NCBI RefSeq assembly: GCF_964204645.1 | Contig: NC_134027.1 | Location: 25,134,560-25,198,559 of the forward strand | Direction of reading: 5' to 3' | From: Tubulanus polymorphus | Lineage: Eukaryota > Animalia > Nemertea | Length of the DNA stretch: 64,000 bases | Shown: positions 33,343 to 45,215 of the stretch, one piece after another | How positions within the stretch are numbered: position 1 is the first letter of the stretch | Layout: every line of letters begins with the position of its first letter | The notes under the pieces: generated by a model | What the model was told of the DNA's origin: nothing | The model's input: only the letters and a program-made list of their open reading frames with translations | Databases searched by the model: none | Made by a program: the position numbers and the translations under genes

Positions 33343-36300
33343 ATGGATCGTATGGATATGACTGTAAGAGAGATTGTAAGCGGCGTTCTATCATGGTTCG
33401 GTCGTCTCACCGTCCGAGACGTCACCGTATTCGCGTTCTGCGTAATCATCCTCTATCTGTGCGGCGCCAACGAGCGGTACGCGTTCGTTCCGCGATGGCG
33501 CGTAGACGCCGACGTCGATATGTTCGCTAATCGTCGATACCCGTCGGTCGCCGAGACGCTTCCGCCGCCGATCGTCACCGATTTAGAAAGCGACGGCTCG
33601 AACGAAGTCGTCGTCGTTACGAACGAGTTTCGATTGCGAATTTACGCGACCGTCGACGACGACGATCGGTCGACGTACGTTTTACCGGAACCGCGGATTA
33701 AAACGGACATCCAGCTGCCGCTTAACGTGTCCGAGGACGGGCGCGTCAGTCGGCCGGTAGCTATGGCGACCGGGTATCTGTTGAAGGAAGATGCGGATGT
33801 GCCGATTTTTAAACAGGTAATCGTAAAACGGTTCTCGAGACCGATGGCAGTCTACATTAAAAAATCATCTCATTAATTAGGCTCCATTTTTTATCTAACC
33901 TTTAATAGCGGTAGCACCGGGGGTGGGACACCGAACTTTTTCATCAATTGGTTTTTAGGGAACCATTTTTTGGGAAGGTCGAACGAACAGCGACCTACAA
34001 CTAAAATCTGCAATATTTTCTCACTTGCATCTCCGACATTATTAGCAGTGGATAATGTAGTTTCCTCTAATGAAAAATGAATGATGAATGAATCGTAACA
34101 TTCAGAACCTAGAAATTTCTCTGAATCACTTGGCAAATCAGGAAAAACTTGGGGGCATTTGAAAATGGGCGAACAGTGGCCGCCCTGTTTATGGAATTAG
34201 AACCAGCAAACTAGAAACAGTCATTACTACTGTAATAGTAAACAATGATTATATATTATTGTAATTTATAGGTAATCGCTATTGTAACCGATGACTGGAA
34301 TGTGTTATGTTATAATCATAAGCTGCGTCTGCTGTGGAGAACTCAGTTAATGGATGTCGGTCAATCTCGCGATAATTACTACATTAAATCCATGCAGATC
34401 GTCGTCGCTTCGATTAAACTACTGAAGAAAGACGAAGGGTTAATTCTGGTCGGCGGAAGTTTCGCTCATAAGATACATCAACATGCCGGCGGACAGTGAG
34501 TTATTAGTGTGATTACTGATTAATGTCTATTTCAACCTGACTTGAGAGCATTCCAGGTGGCCTAGCTCACTCAGTTTTGGTAGTACATACCTGATAAAGG
34601 TCTTAGTAAGACCAGAAAGGACTGGCAGTGGACCTAAATCAAAATTTTTTAATCCATTTGAAACTGTATTGAAGGATATCCAAAAAGTCTTCACTGAAAG
34701 GGGTTCATGAGAGAAAAGAGACTCCATGATTTGAAAGTTCAACAATGTCTCCATGCCTACCAACTGAAGTTTGGTATATAGGCATGGAAACATATTGTTA
34801 AACTTTCAAATCATGGAATCACTTCTCTTCATTTAACCCCTTTCAGTGAAGACTTTTTGGATATCCTTCAATACAGTTTCAAATGGATTAAAAAATGATG
34901 ATTTAGGTCGACTGCTTGTCCTTTCTGGTCCCATTAAGACCATTATCAGGTATGTACTACCAAAAATGAGCGCGCTAGGCCATCCAAAATGCTCTCAAGT
35001 CAGGTTGAAATAGACATTAGACTGTTTTTTATTGAGAGGAGTGGGAAAGCCACAGAGAGTCGAGGGGGAGAGAGGAGAGAAGAGTGGGAGTGAGGGAAGT
35101 GAGCTCGAAGGGTGGGAGTGGAGAGAAGAGAGACATAAGGAGATAGTAGTTGGAGGGTGCTTTAAGTGAGTGGAAGAGAGGTAGAGGAGGGAAAGAGAGG
35201 GAAAGAATGAGGTAGGTAGAGTGGGAGTTAGAGATAGAGAGGTAGGCCGAGAGGAGGGAGAGAGTAGAAAAGAGAGGGTAGTAGCGGAGAAGAGATGGTT
35301 GGAAAGAGGAAGAGGAGGGAGTGAGAGAGAGAGAGAGGGAGAGAAAGGTGAACAGAGAGGGAAGGGGGATTACCGGTATTTTTTGTAAATCTTAATATTT
35401 CTTAAATAAACTCATAAACGTTAAGCTATACGTCCCGACCAATTTTAACGTTGAGCTACTTAGCTGAGGCCACTGAACCGACCGCCGATAATCATGGTGT
35501 ATGATATTAATTTCTAGATTATTTGGTGATGATGGACTGAATCAGCAGAAAGAAACTCATCACAATGACGACGATAGTTTGACGCATTTCACTACGTTTG
35601 CCTTGAGCGCGACTGATGGTACAGTTCGATGGCATCATTTACCGGCAGATTTCAAACAAACACAATCATTCGAAAAGGTAGGTCTACTGTTTATAGTAGA
35701 GTGCCAGGAGAGAATTCGGGAATCGGGTAGAGACCAATTAAAACCTGCTTTGATTCTCAACACTCGGTATCCAGTAAACTGCTACCGCATTCCCTGATTC
35801 TCAATAATAGCAATAGTCCCAACCCTACCAAGTTCCCTGATTCTCAACTCAGTGAAATATTGATAGCAGTCCCAACACTACCCAGTTCCCTAATTGTTAA
35901 CACTTTTAACGATATTCTTATGAAGGATTTCGAGAATTCACATCATTGGAAATTAGCACTGAAAAGAGGTCACCTTCACAGAGGAGAGAAACCATGGACG
36001 GATTACAGATACGATTTTCTCAAATATCTGGTACGTGTTTCTTCACGGAGATAATCATTGTTTCTATTTATAGAAAATTTACCCTGGTTATTCGTCCATC
36101 CTTATTCTGTTATCATCAATCTGTACCCTGTACCCCACCACCCTAGACAGACATTCGATGCTGGGTGCTTTATCACTTAAAATCCAATGTTGATTGTTCG
36201 CACTTCACGTGTGTTCAGAGTTTCGCCTGAGACATTTTTGATTGAAAATGAACTACAAACAACTAAGACATTTTTATCAGCACAAACTGATCATCTGACA

Positions 36301-39079
36301 TTCATACTTCACACATCTGATATCCTTACTTCACACTGCGATGTTGACCGTCTGAAGGGGTGGTTCCAGGCTGCGGATTGATGCATTGAAGCTGGATTTT
36401 TAAAGTAATAACAGTTTTCTGTGTAATAGTTCTTGATTAATCCAAATCGTGAATGAACAGATAAGATACTGCTTTATTTTTCGATGCAATCCATTTTAAA
36501 ATCGTCACTCTGCTTCAATTCAGCCTCATTCCTGGACGTCGATCGAAGATACGAAATTCACGTTAGGAAATATCAAACGTTCATCGGAGTCGGAGTCGGC
36601 TCCGACTGAACCGGAGCCGCAGGAAACGAGCACTCTATCCGGTTTTATCGATCTACAAAACGTGTTTACCGGCGTCGACGCCGGGGATGAGGGCACCACC
36701 GGTCGAGCCGTCGATACGAACTGCCTCGTCGTTCACAGCGATCACGGCGTCGAAGTTTTAAACGTCGTCAGCGGGCAACCGATCGCGAAACTGCGTCTGC
36801 CAGTCGGACGGCAGACGTACGCCGATATCAGCGGCGACGGAGAAATCGAGGAGATCGCGAAGAAAGTCCGCGCTGCGTCGGCAGCGACGGACGACGGCGT
36901 CGGCGCGACCGATTGCGACGCGGTAGTCGGGAAATTCAAACAAGCGAAGACGGTGTTCCAGGTGGCGCTCTGCGACCCGGCCGAATACTCGATGTATAAA
37001 CTCATGACCGGTAAAGAGAATTTCATCGAGGATCCGTTAACGACGATACCGCCCCTCGTCGTTAAGAGGTAAACTAACAAATCTGCGGTTTAAAGTTAGA
37101 TTTCTGCGAAACTTTCGAAAAGGTCTCAAGAGTTTATTTGTTTTGGTTGTCCTGAGCTCAGTTCGACGGTTGTGTGGGATTGATTTGACTCCCAGATTGG
37201 ATTTGACCGCCATCGGGTGCCCCAAGGGCTAGAGCCCATATTTCTATGAATTGCTACTAGTCCTACAGTTTTTATCAGTTCCAGATTAAACTCGGCACCA
37301 ATGATCTGTGGGCTAGACTCTTCTTTTGATGTTCTATCGGGGTGTAAGACTACAACGATATAGACCCTTTGTCTTGTGGTGGCCACCCGGCAGTGTCTTG
37401 ATTGTTGTTGTTGTCTTTGCAGGATAGCTAAACAGCCCGGGTTCGTAGGATTGTTACACCATCGTTTAACGGGCGAAGATTCAATTTGGAAACAAAAAGA
37501 GAAAGATTTGATATTCGTGACGAGTAACGGCGCGGCGGTGTCGTACGACTCGAAGGGAACCGTTCACTGGATCGCGAAGACTCAATCGAAATGGTCGCAC
37601 ATGTCGCGTATCGCCATCGACGACGCGTTCGGCGACGACTCGACGAAAGATATTTACAGAAACGCATTTAAACCCACGGCGACCGTCCTACCTCTTCAGA
37701 AACACGGGCCGACGGTGAGTGAAAGTTGCAGAACGGCTCTAGGCAACCGTTCAATAATAGAGCGATCTTCTATTTGCGTATTAAGTGAAACCAAATGTCA
37801 GTTATTCGGGACAATAGTCCAAAAAAGTGAATCACGCAACTGAACACGGGTGCTGTAGTTCGGACCTAGTTCTAAGATGGCCGATAATGATAGATGCGTT
37901 AAAACCGAACTATATTGCATTAGATAATAAGCTCCGACCATTTTTAGACTACTTAGAAAATTATGGAAAATTGCACCCCAGTGCAGTGTATTACGGGCAT
38001 ACTACTATAGTGTGCCTGTATTGTAGTGCGGTGTATCATTACTTACTAATATTTACAATGTTTGACAGTTGCTGTCATCTTTCAATGGTGATTTTCACTA
38101 ACTAATATTTACTCGTATACACCGCACTGCGGGGTAGGTGCATTAGCGGGTAGGTGCATTATACACCACACAGCGGGGTAGGGGCTATATAATTTCCAGT
38201 TAATTCTGCCTTGTTAACATTAGTGGTTTTTCGTTCCTATTTATAGAACAGTTTACTGGTGATCGGTTGGGATCAGATGACGTTGATCGATCTCACGTAC
38301 GGAAATATTCTCGGCGTCCATAAGATTCCGTGCGTTCCGAACTCGAACGCGGTGATCGGCGATTTCGACAATGACGGATGGTCCGACGTTATTCTAGTTT
38401 GTCCTTCAGGGTAAGTTTACTCGCGAGAACTAAGGGATAACGGAACCGGGTTCTCATTCATGATGATCTATCGTTTCATATGATTTTCATCGTAATTAGT
38501 GTTTAAATGTTAATGATAATAATATATCTTCTTCAATAGCGCGGTTATAAAATCTTAACCACCGCGCTTTAAATTCTAAAACTACATTATAAAAGTGCAA
38601 GTTAAAAATTAATCACCACAGGTGTTTTTAAAAAGAAAAGTTTTCGATGTGGATTTGAAGTCTGAGACAAATGGAGACTCTCTTATGCTACGAGGTAGTT
38701 CATTCCAAAGATAAGGAGCTGAATTGTAAAATGACCTACTTCCGATACCCTTTTTTGGCGTAGGTTTAACTAAACTTGTGGAATCATTACCAGAACAAAG
38801 TGTTTAGCAACGGATCCCTTGTGACCATACTATATCATGTCATAAATTAGTATTGATAATTTGTCATATTGTGTCGGGGTTTTTGAAAATATATATATGA
38901 TCGATTGTCTTATTGATATTTTCAGTTATTTAGGATTCAGTATAAACCCGAGTACTAACTGGACGTACGCGATACTACTGCGAGTAGCCGTTATATTGAC
39001 GATAGCTTTATTGAGTTGGTGCTGTACCCCGGATCAGTTTGATGACGATGAAGATGACGACGATGATGATTCGAGATGA
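33343..39079 (+). CDS. NERD1-like (plant At3g51050 family) FG-GAP/integrin-alpha-type beta-propeller membrane protein, 8 exons
   Basis: Exons ~33343-33816, 34272-34495, 35518-35677, 35926-36030, 36524-37068, 37423-37714, 38247-38410 and 38926-39079. Motifs LPPPIVTDLESDGSNEVVVVT, RPVAMATG, KQVIAIVTDDWNVLCYNHKL, GLILVGG, HFTTFAL, PHSW, YADISGDGEIE and IGDFDNDGWSDVI follow my recollection of Arabidopsis NERD1. C-terminal TM helix and acidic tail. Confidence 0.85.
34521..35019. mobile_element. Fold-back MITE, ~500 bp and almost fully palindromic, TA-flanked
   Basis: taatgtctatttcaacctgacttgagagcatt... pairs with ...aatgctctcaagtcaggttgaaatagacatta over roughly 230-bp arms. Confidence 0.88.
35035..35370. 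repeat. Polypurine (GA-rich) low-complexity tract
   Basis: Mostly G/A for ~330 bp in intron 2 of the NERD1-like gene. Confidence 0.85.
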
Positions 39080-39167
39080 AGTCATCACAGTTTCAGGGTT
39101 ACGGGTTGAAAACTAACGACTCAAGTGTCGTAAAAGTTCCAGTTCCGCAGGATTGTGGGTTAAAACT

Positions 39168-39468
39168 ATGGACTCCAGAGTCACACATATTTTCTGTTGC
39201 ACAGTTGTGGCTCTGAGGACTCCAGAGACATTCACATTTTTCAGTTCCACAGTTGTATGGGTTAAAACTATGGACCCAGTTCCACAGTTGTGAGTTAGAG
39301 TTAACTCAGAGTTAAAGTTAGTTCATTTTCAATGTTTTAACCCAGGGTCAAATCTTAACTCAGAACTGTGGAACTGGACCCTGGACTCTAAAGTCACGTA
39401 TATTTTCTGTTGCACAGTTGTGGCTCTGAAGACTCCAGAGACATTCATATTTTCAGTTCCACAGTTGT
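39168..39468. repeat. ~88-bp direct duplication flanking a CCAGTTCCACAG-family MITE (39271-39381) downstream of the NERD1-like stop
   Basis: tggactc.a.agtcac..atattttctgttgcacagttgtggctctga.gactccagagacattca..tttttcagttccacagttgt at 39168 and 39382. Confidence 0.8.
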
Positions 39469-40466
39469 CCCTAATTCTGCCTAGTTCAAAGAAACGACTA
39501 TAGAACTGAATTCAGCAGCTTTTATTTGACTGTGATCATAGTTTGCCCGTGATACACGTTGAGTGTGTAATACATTCACTAGGGGGCAGCAGCAGCAGCG
39601 GGTTTGGATGGTAATTTTATAGTCCACTGATTGTGTATTTAATAAGAATGTATTATTTTTACACCACGTATCACAAGATAAACTGTTATGAGATTTTTAT
39701 ACTCAATAATGCGTCGAATCGAAATAAACTCTTTTTCATAGATTTTCATTTGTTTCTTGTCACGATGAATAGTTTTGAGTTGTCTCGTTAAGATGTCCTA
39801 AGTTAGTGAGGATTTTCATGTGAAATATAATTTTGATAATGAGGAATTCTGAAATTGCGGACAGGGGCAGATGAAGCCTACCACTGGAACCGTTCTAGCG
39901 GGCCACGAATTTAAGCGGATCCCTGTTATTACAAATTAAATTTGACGTAACCACAAAATTACTGGAGGCTGTAAAATAACAAATTTTTCTGAGGGAGGAT
40001 CTTGCACCCTACTGGACTGAGTGGTACATCGAGAACTGAGGATGCATCCGTGTCTGGCATTCTGAAAATAGGTAGCAACAATTGATGGCGTAGGACAACA
40101 GAAAGAGAGAGGCGTTAGTTTTAAGACCTACGCAAATTAATTAGACCCGGGCTGGGAACGGACTTCGTTAAGGTATGAACTGAGAATTATCCAGTAATAT
40201 TCAAGATGACAAATCGATTAAAACCAATAACGAGTGAGATAACATTTGAGTGTTGTGTATTATTTATGAAGTTTAAGCCTCTTCAGCAACTTCAATTCCA
40301 TCACAAACCAAACCCCATGAAGTCATTTCACAATCTGAAACAATAAGAAAACAATTTGGTATGAACACAAAAAAGTATACCACGGAAAAAAAAATGTTGA
40401 ATATACGTAGATTTGTTACGTTTGATACGTAGATTTACTACTTGTTAGATTTGATACTTATTGTAA

Positions 40467-40730
40467 GGGGCTGTCCATAAAAGACGTCTGCACAAAATTG
40501 CAGAATTTTGCCCCCTCCCTCATGTCCACAGAAAACATATTGTGAACTGTTTTTCCTCTAGCTCGAAGTTGAAGTAATCATCCCCATAATGCACTAAATT
40601 ACAGGAATTAAGCAGGGAGAATTAGAAGGATGTCCTCCTCTTAATAATCACCCTCCCCATGATTGTCTACAAAAGTCCAAAGTTCACAACCCCCTCCTCT
40701 GGAACTTGGCCGCCTTTGATGGACAGCCCC
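40467..40730. mobile_element. MITE with GGGGCTGTCCAT TIRs (Harbinger-like)
   Basis: ggggctgtccataaaagacgtc ... ggccgcctttgatggacagcccc. Confidence 0.75.
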
Positions 40731-41019
40731 TTGCTAGATTTCTTACGAATAGATTTATATCTTTTATTTTCCTATTTCAATAATTTGTTCGTTTTCATCA
40801 TTTTTGGTTCAACATTGCCTCACCTTTAACCAGTGGAAAGCGTGCGAAAAGCAAAGCCGCAGGAGTCAGTTGCACAGTCAAGGTTTAGATATTAGGCTCA
40901 ATCTAAGCTCATCAGGTTCTGAACCCGATGTTTTCTGGCTGAAGTCGTGAGTGCGCAACTGGACCCTGCTATATACCATCTATGCTGGAGAATATTTTTG
41001 TAAACTTACCTGATTTTCA

Positions 41020-44000
41020 CTAACCAAATAATTTCTGCCACAACCTTTTCCACCAGGGGAGTTTTCCCGTTTTACTATTCTCTATAGAAACGTGAATATC
41101 TTTCGTAAGTTTTCATCGCAGTCTAGAAGGGTTCGGGAAGTGAGTGAGGGATGGGTTGGGGGTGGGGGTGGCGATGTGGACAGCTGGACCGCTGTTCATG
41201 AATCGTGCATTGTGGTAAAGAAGAAATAACTACTTTGGTGCGAAAGGAACGTGTTCAAAGATATTTTCGTTCGGTGCTGGAAGTGTACATGCAGGATCTC
41301 CAAGAACCCGTTTCACAGTCGTCAGTTCAGATTTAACTCATAGTTAATTTATCAAAAATGAACTAATTTCAACTCGGAGATGAATTTAACTCACAACTGT
41401 GAAACTGGATCAAAATGTGTAACAAACATTTCTCCGGGTTTTAAGTAGGGTATATCATCCTTTGTGCGAGGATCCATCGTGACTTGTGCATCGTTTAAAA
41501 CACAAAATTGATTCTCAATGAAATACTATGGAGTCAGATCGCAATGAATCTAGAAGAGCACTCGTAAACAGCAAATCCAGAAAAACTTCTTCCACATTTT
41601 CCGAATAGATTCTCTCAGCCATTTTAAACAATCATGAAAATAATCTGGCCGTTTGGATCTTGGAAAAAAGTTTTCTGTTAACACTGTTTTCTTGTGCTTT
41701 CTTTCCAATTGGTCTAGGTTTTGATACTCTCAATTCCGGCCTGGTGGTTGAAGACCATTTTGAGTTGATATATCAGATGAGCTATAAAAGCAAGCGGCAA
41801 GCGCGTGTTGCAAAAAGCAATTAGGCTTATCGAGATGTTAGCAAATATAGATATGATATACGCCATTTTTAGCCGATAAATAAATGTTTCGCGGAAGAAT
41901 CAAAATCGATAGAGCAACGATATCGTGAATGTGCGTGTGTACCTAGTAAAAACAATCCTTTCAAAAATCGATCTATTTGAAAATAGATTTAGCTACCATC
42001 ACTTGAGCCCAGTATTCGTTTCCACCACGGCAATTTGTTTTCCAGGAAATCTGCAATATCGTTTGGCGAATACGTTGAACATCAGAAAGGAAAATACAAT
42101 TAAATTCTACTAGTTTCAAATCCGAACACTCTTAAATACAAAATCTGAACTGAATGTAAGATATTTGCTAGAAAAATGATGATTTTTTTTCTGGACAAAC
42201 TTCCACAGTTCCGAGGCTGATGTCTTACTAGGGCATGTTTCGATTGCATCTCCGATTACAAACTCTCTACCGGCTACGCTATTCCGCAATAGGTATAGAG
42301 TGTATTCTGGACGAAAAGAACGCACCAGATCGAAGAGAATTAGAATTGGTATAGAGACCACAATCGAAACCTGCCTCAACTCGCATCAGTATAGGTCGAG
42401 GCCAAAACGTGGAACTGGGTGCCGCAGCCGATGAAGCTTTGACCGTTGAATTTGAATTTCGATGATTCAACGAACAAGTCTTTGGATTTGGATGGGCTAT
42501 AAAGGAACTGAAGAATCAGGTCATATATATCATTTCGACTGAAATATCTAAATTTATGAATACAGTACCTTTACACTTAGAATAGCCGTATCTATCCTCA
42601 TCGGATTTATCTTCGCAGTTGAATTCACCGTCACAAACTAACGACTGATCGATACAGTCGAAATTACCGCACATGAACTCTTTACCTTCCACGCAGTAAT
42701 CTGTCAACGAGAACGAAAAACATCTTTTATAGATTCAATACACGAAGGATGATTGAGAAGACATGATTGTATATGAAATTCGCCTCGTAAAGTCCGAGAA
42801 GTTTCCTTGAGCTAGTTACGACGGTTCAACTATATCCATATAATCATCTTCAGGAATATATATTGTTCTTTCGGATTTTTGTTAAACATATCGTTACTAT
42901 GAAACCGGGTGTTTCATCAAGGTTAGAAGCCTCGATACGTATATTCGCAGTCGAAGAGTTGGGAGAGGAGAGATGGTTGGAGCAGATATTGAGGGATATA
43001 GGAGAGGCGTTAGAAGAGGGACATCGGGGGAGAGTAGTGCTCACAGGGAAATGGCATTATGTTTTCCTAAATCTACATGTCATAAACAATATGAAAGATC
43101 TTCCAACCAACGATAGAATAAGATTTTGTTAGACCTTTTTTATAAAGGCCGTTAGGCCGTTTTTATACAATCGTATAAAATCTTGGAATAGCGTCAACTT
43201 TTGACCAACCAACGTCACGCAGAGCAAGCTGATATTTACTAAATATAGATACGTACAATTAATCGTAAGTGCATCATTTCCGTGGGTTTTAAGGATCTCA
43301 TGAAGATATATGATCATGCATGATTCTGTTAAAATGGCTCGTCACCAAAAACTAAGACATGTGTCGATAGAACGTATATTCTGGTTACTATCAATTCCGG
43401 ATTACAATTCTCTACCGGCCACTTCTATCAGGTGGTTTACAGATTCAGTTCCGATATCGGTATACGGTAGGGTGAATTCTGGTTAAAACAAGCGCGCCAG
43501 AAGAGTTCGTTTGTTACCTAACGTTGGTGAGCTTTTATAATCGGATAGGCTTATACCGACGTGGTTTGTGAAAATATCCGATCGTAACTGAGTACAGAAT
43601 ATAATTCCAGCGACCTGCCTTTTAATACACATTTTTGAATTGTCGGGAGCTTGTAACATCTTACCGTCGTGATATTCGGAGAAAATGATTTCGAATCCGC
43701 TCGTCTCAGTGTCGGCGTCACTCGTGAAATGAAGTGTCAATACATTCTGGTCGGAATGGGGCCACGGGGCGTGTGTACTATCACCGCAGAATCCCATCAT
43801 GTGAACTGCACACAAAATAAACGTGATTCATTTAACTAAATGCCGCTGAATGCTGAGAAATTTAGAATTTTTGCAGAATGGTTAGACATAGAACTGAAAA
43901 AAATTCAGTCGAAAAATACTTTCAATGGCCTCAAGGCTTCAAAAAAGAACTCAAATGCTCGTACAAAACTCGTACAAAATTGTAAAAATTTGGTAATCAA

Positions 44001-45215
44001 TGATCCCATAATTGATTATATCTTAAGTTTACTATTTTGACAGTTTCCAGATTTATCTACATCTTCAGAAAAATAGTAGAATTTCAGTCCTATAATGAGT
44101 TTAACAGTATTTGAAATTTGGAGTTATGACGGACGAACGCCAAGCAACTTGATTTAGTGTAGGCCTATATCTTTTTCTGACTCACTTGGTAACTTCTTGC
44201 CCGCCATCACTTGCATGCCTTCGTAAACGTCTAATTTATCTTTAGTACAAGCCGGCACGTTTTCGATGTCCAGTTTCTTGAAGTAGATTTGAATTCGTTT
44301 GTTTTTCGGCGCCACCAGAGTGACCGTGCAGTCCATATTGGGCGCGTATTTCTGTTTGTTGGTCAGTATTAGTTTTCCGCCGTGTTTGATACCGATGTTC
44401 AATTGTTTTCCGCAATTCTGGTCCATTACAACTAAAAACCGATCACGTTTATAAATACGAATGTACCGTATCGTTTATTCACAGTGATAAATACCTTCCT
44501 TCCAAGGGGCCTTAAACGAAGGCATACCGTCGTTTGTGATAGGTTGTTAAATATATGAATCAAGGAAAAATTATACTTCAACTGAAATGTCGACAGGGCC
44601 TGTTCAATAAAGGAGACCTGAATTCCGGTGAAACGTTTGAATTCTTAAAGACTGGATCGTGTTTGTTCCGAAGGAGAGGGATCAACTATAGAAAACCGTT
44701 TAGGATACTAATTAAGGAACAATTGGAGTTAACGGAAAATCTATAGCACGTACGTAGGTAGATTTTGTCCCCGGAACCCCCTGTCTAAAATCGTCCCATT
44801 CACAGATTAATTTAGGTCAGAATTGTACTTAAACACGCGGTCTTACAAAATAAATTTTATTGGGCCCATAAATTTGAAAAAACCGCAATTTTCTAAAAAT
44901 AGCGATCTATTTTCTATTTTCGATTGACTTCATTTTCATGTGGCGACCATAAAAACCATTAATAACACAGAAGACCTCGTAAAAATGCTCATGAAATTCG
45001 AACTGTTGATGAAGCACCTGAACAGTCGATTACAATTCATAATTCATTCATTTCCATGTTAAAAATCATATATATATCAAAAATATTAATTAATTTAGAA
45101 ATGCTAAAACAAGTCCATAATGAGTGAGAATTCTGTATATACCTGGTTTATCATAAACACTGGCTAACGTAGTCCATACTTGAAGCAAGAGAATCCAAAA
45201 AATCTTGGACGACAT
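41020..45215 (-). CDS. Secreted CUB + LDL-receptor class A protein (~217 aa) with uncertain or alternative last exon
   Basis: All introns phase 1. 45215-45143 signal peptide MSSKIFWILLLQVWTTLAS; 44431-44186 and 43805-43665 CUB (YAPNMDCTVTL, CTKDKLDVYEG, FCG, LHFTSD..GF); 42700-42569 LDLa (CVEGKEFMCGNFDCIDQSLVCDGEFNCEDKSDE). Terminal exon candidates start at 42496, 42050 and 41081. Confidence 0.85.
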
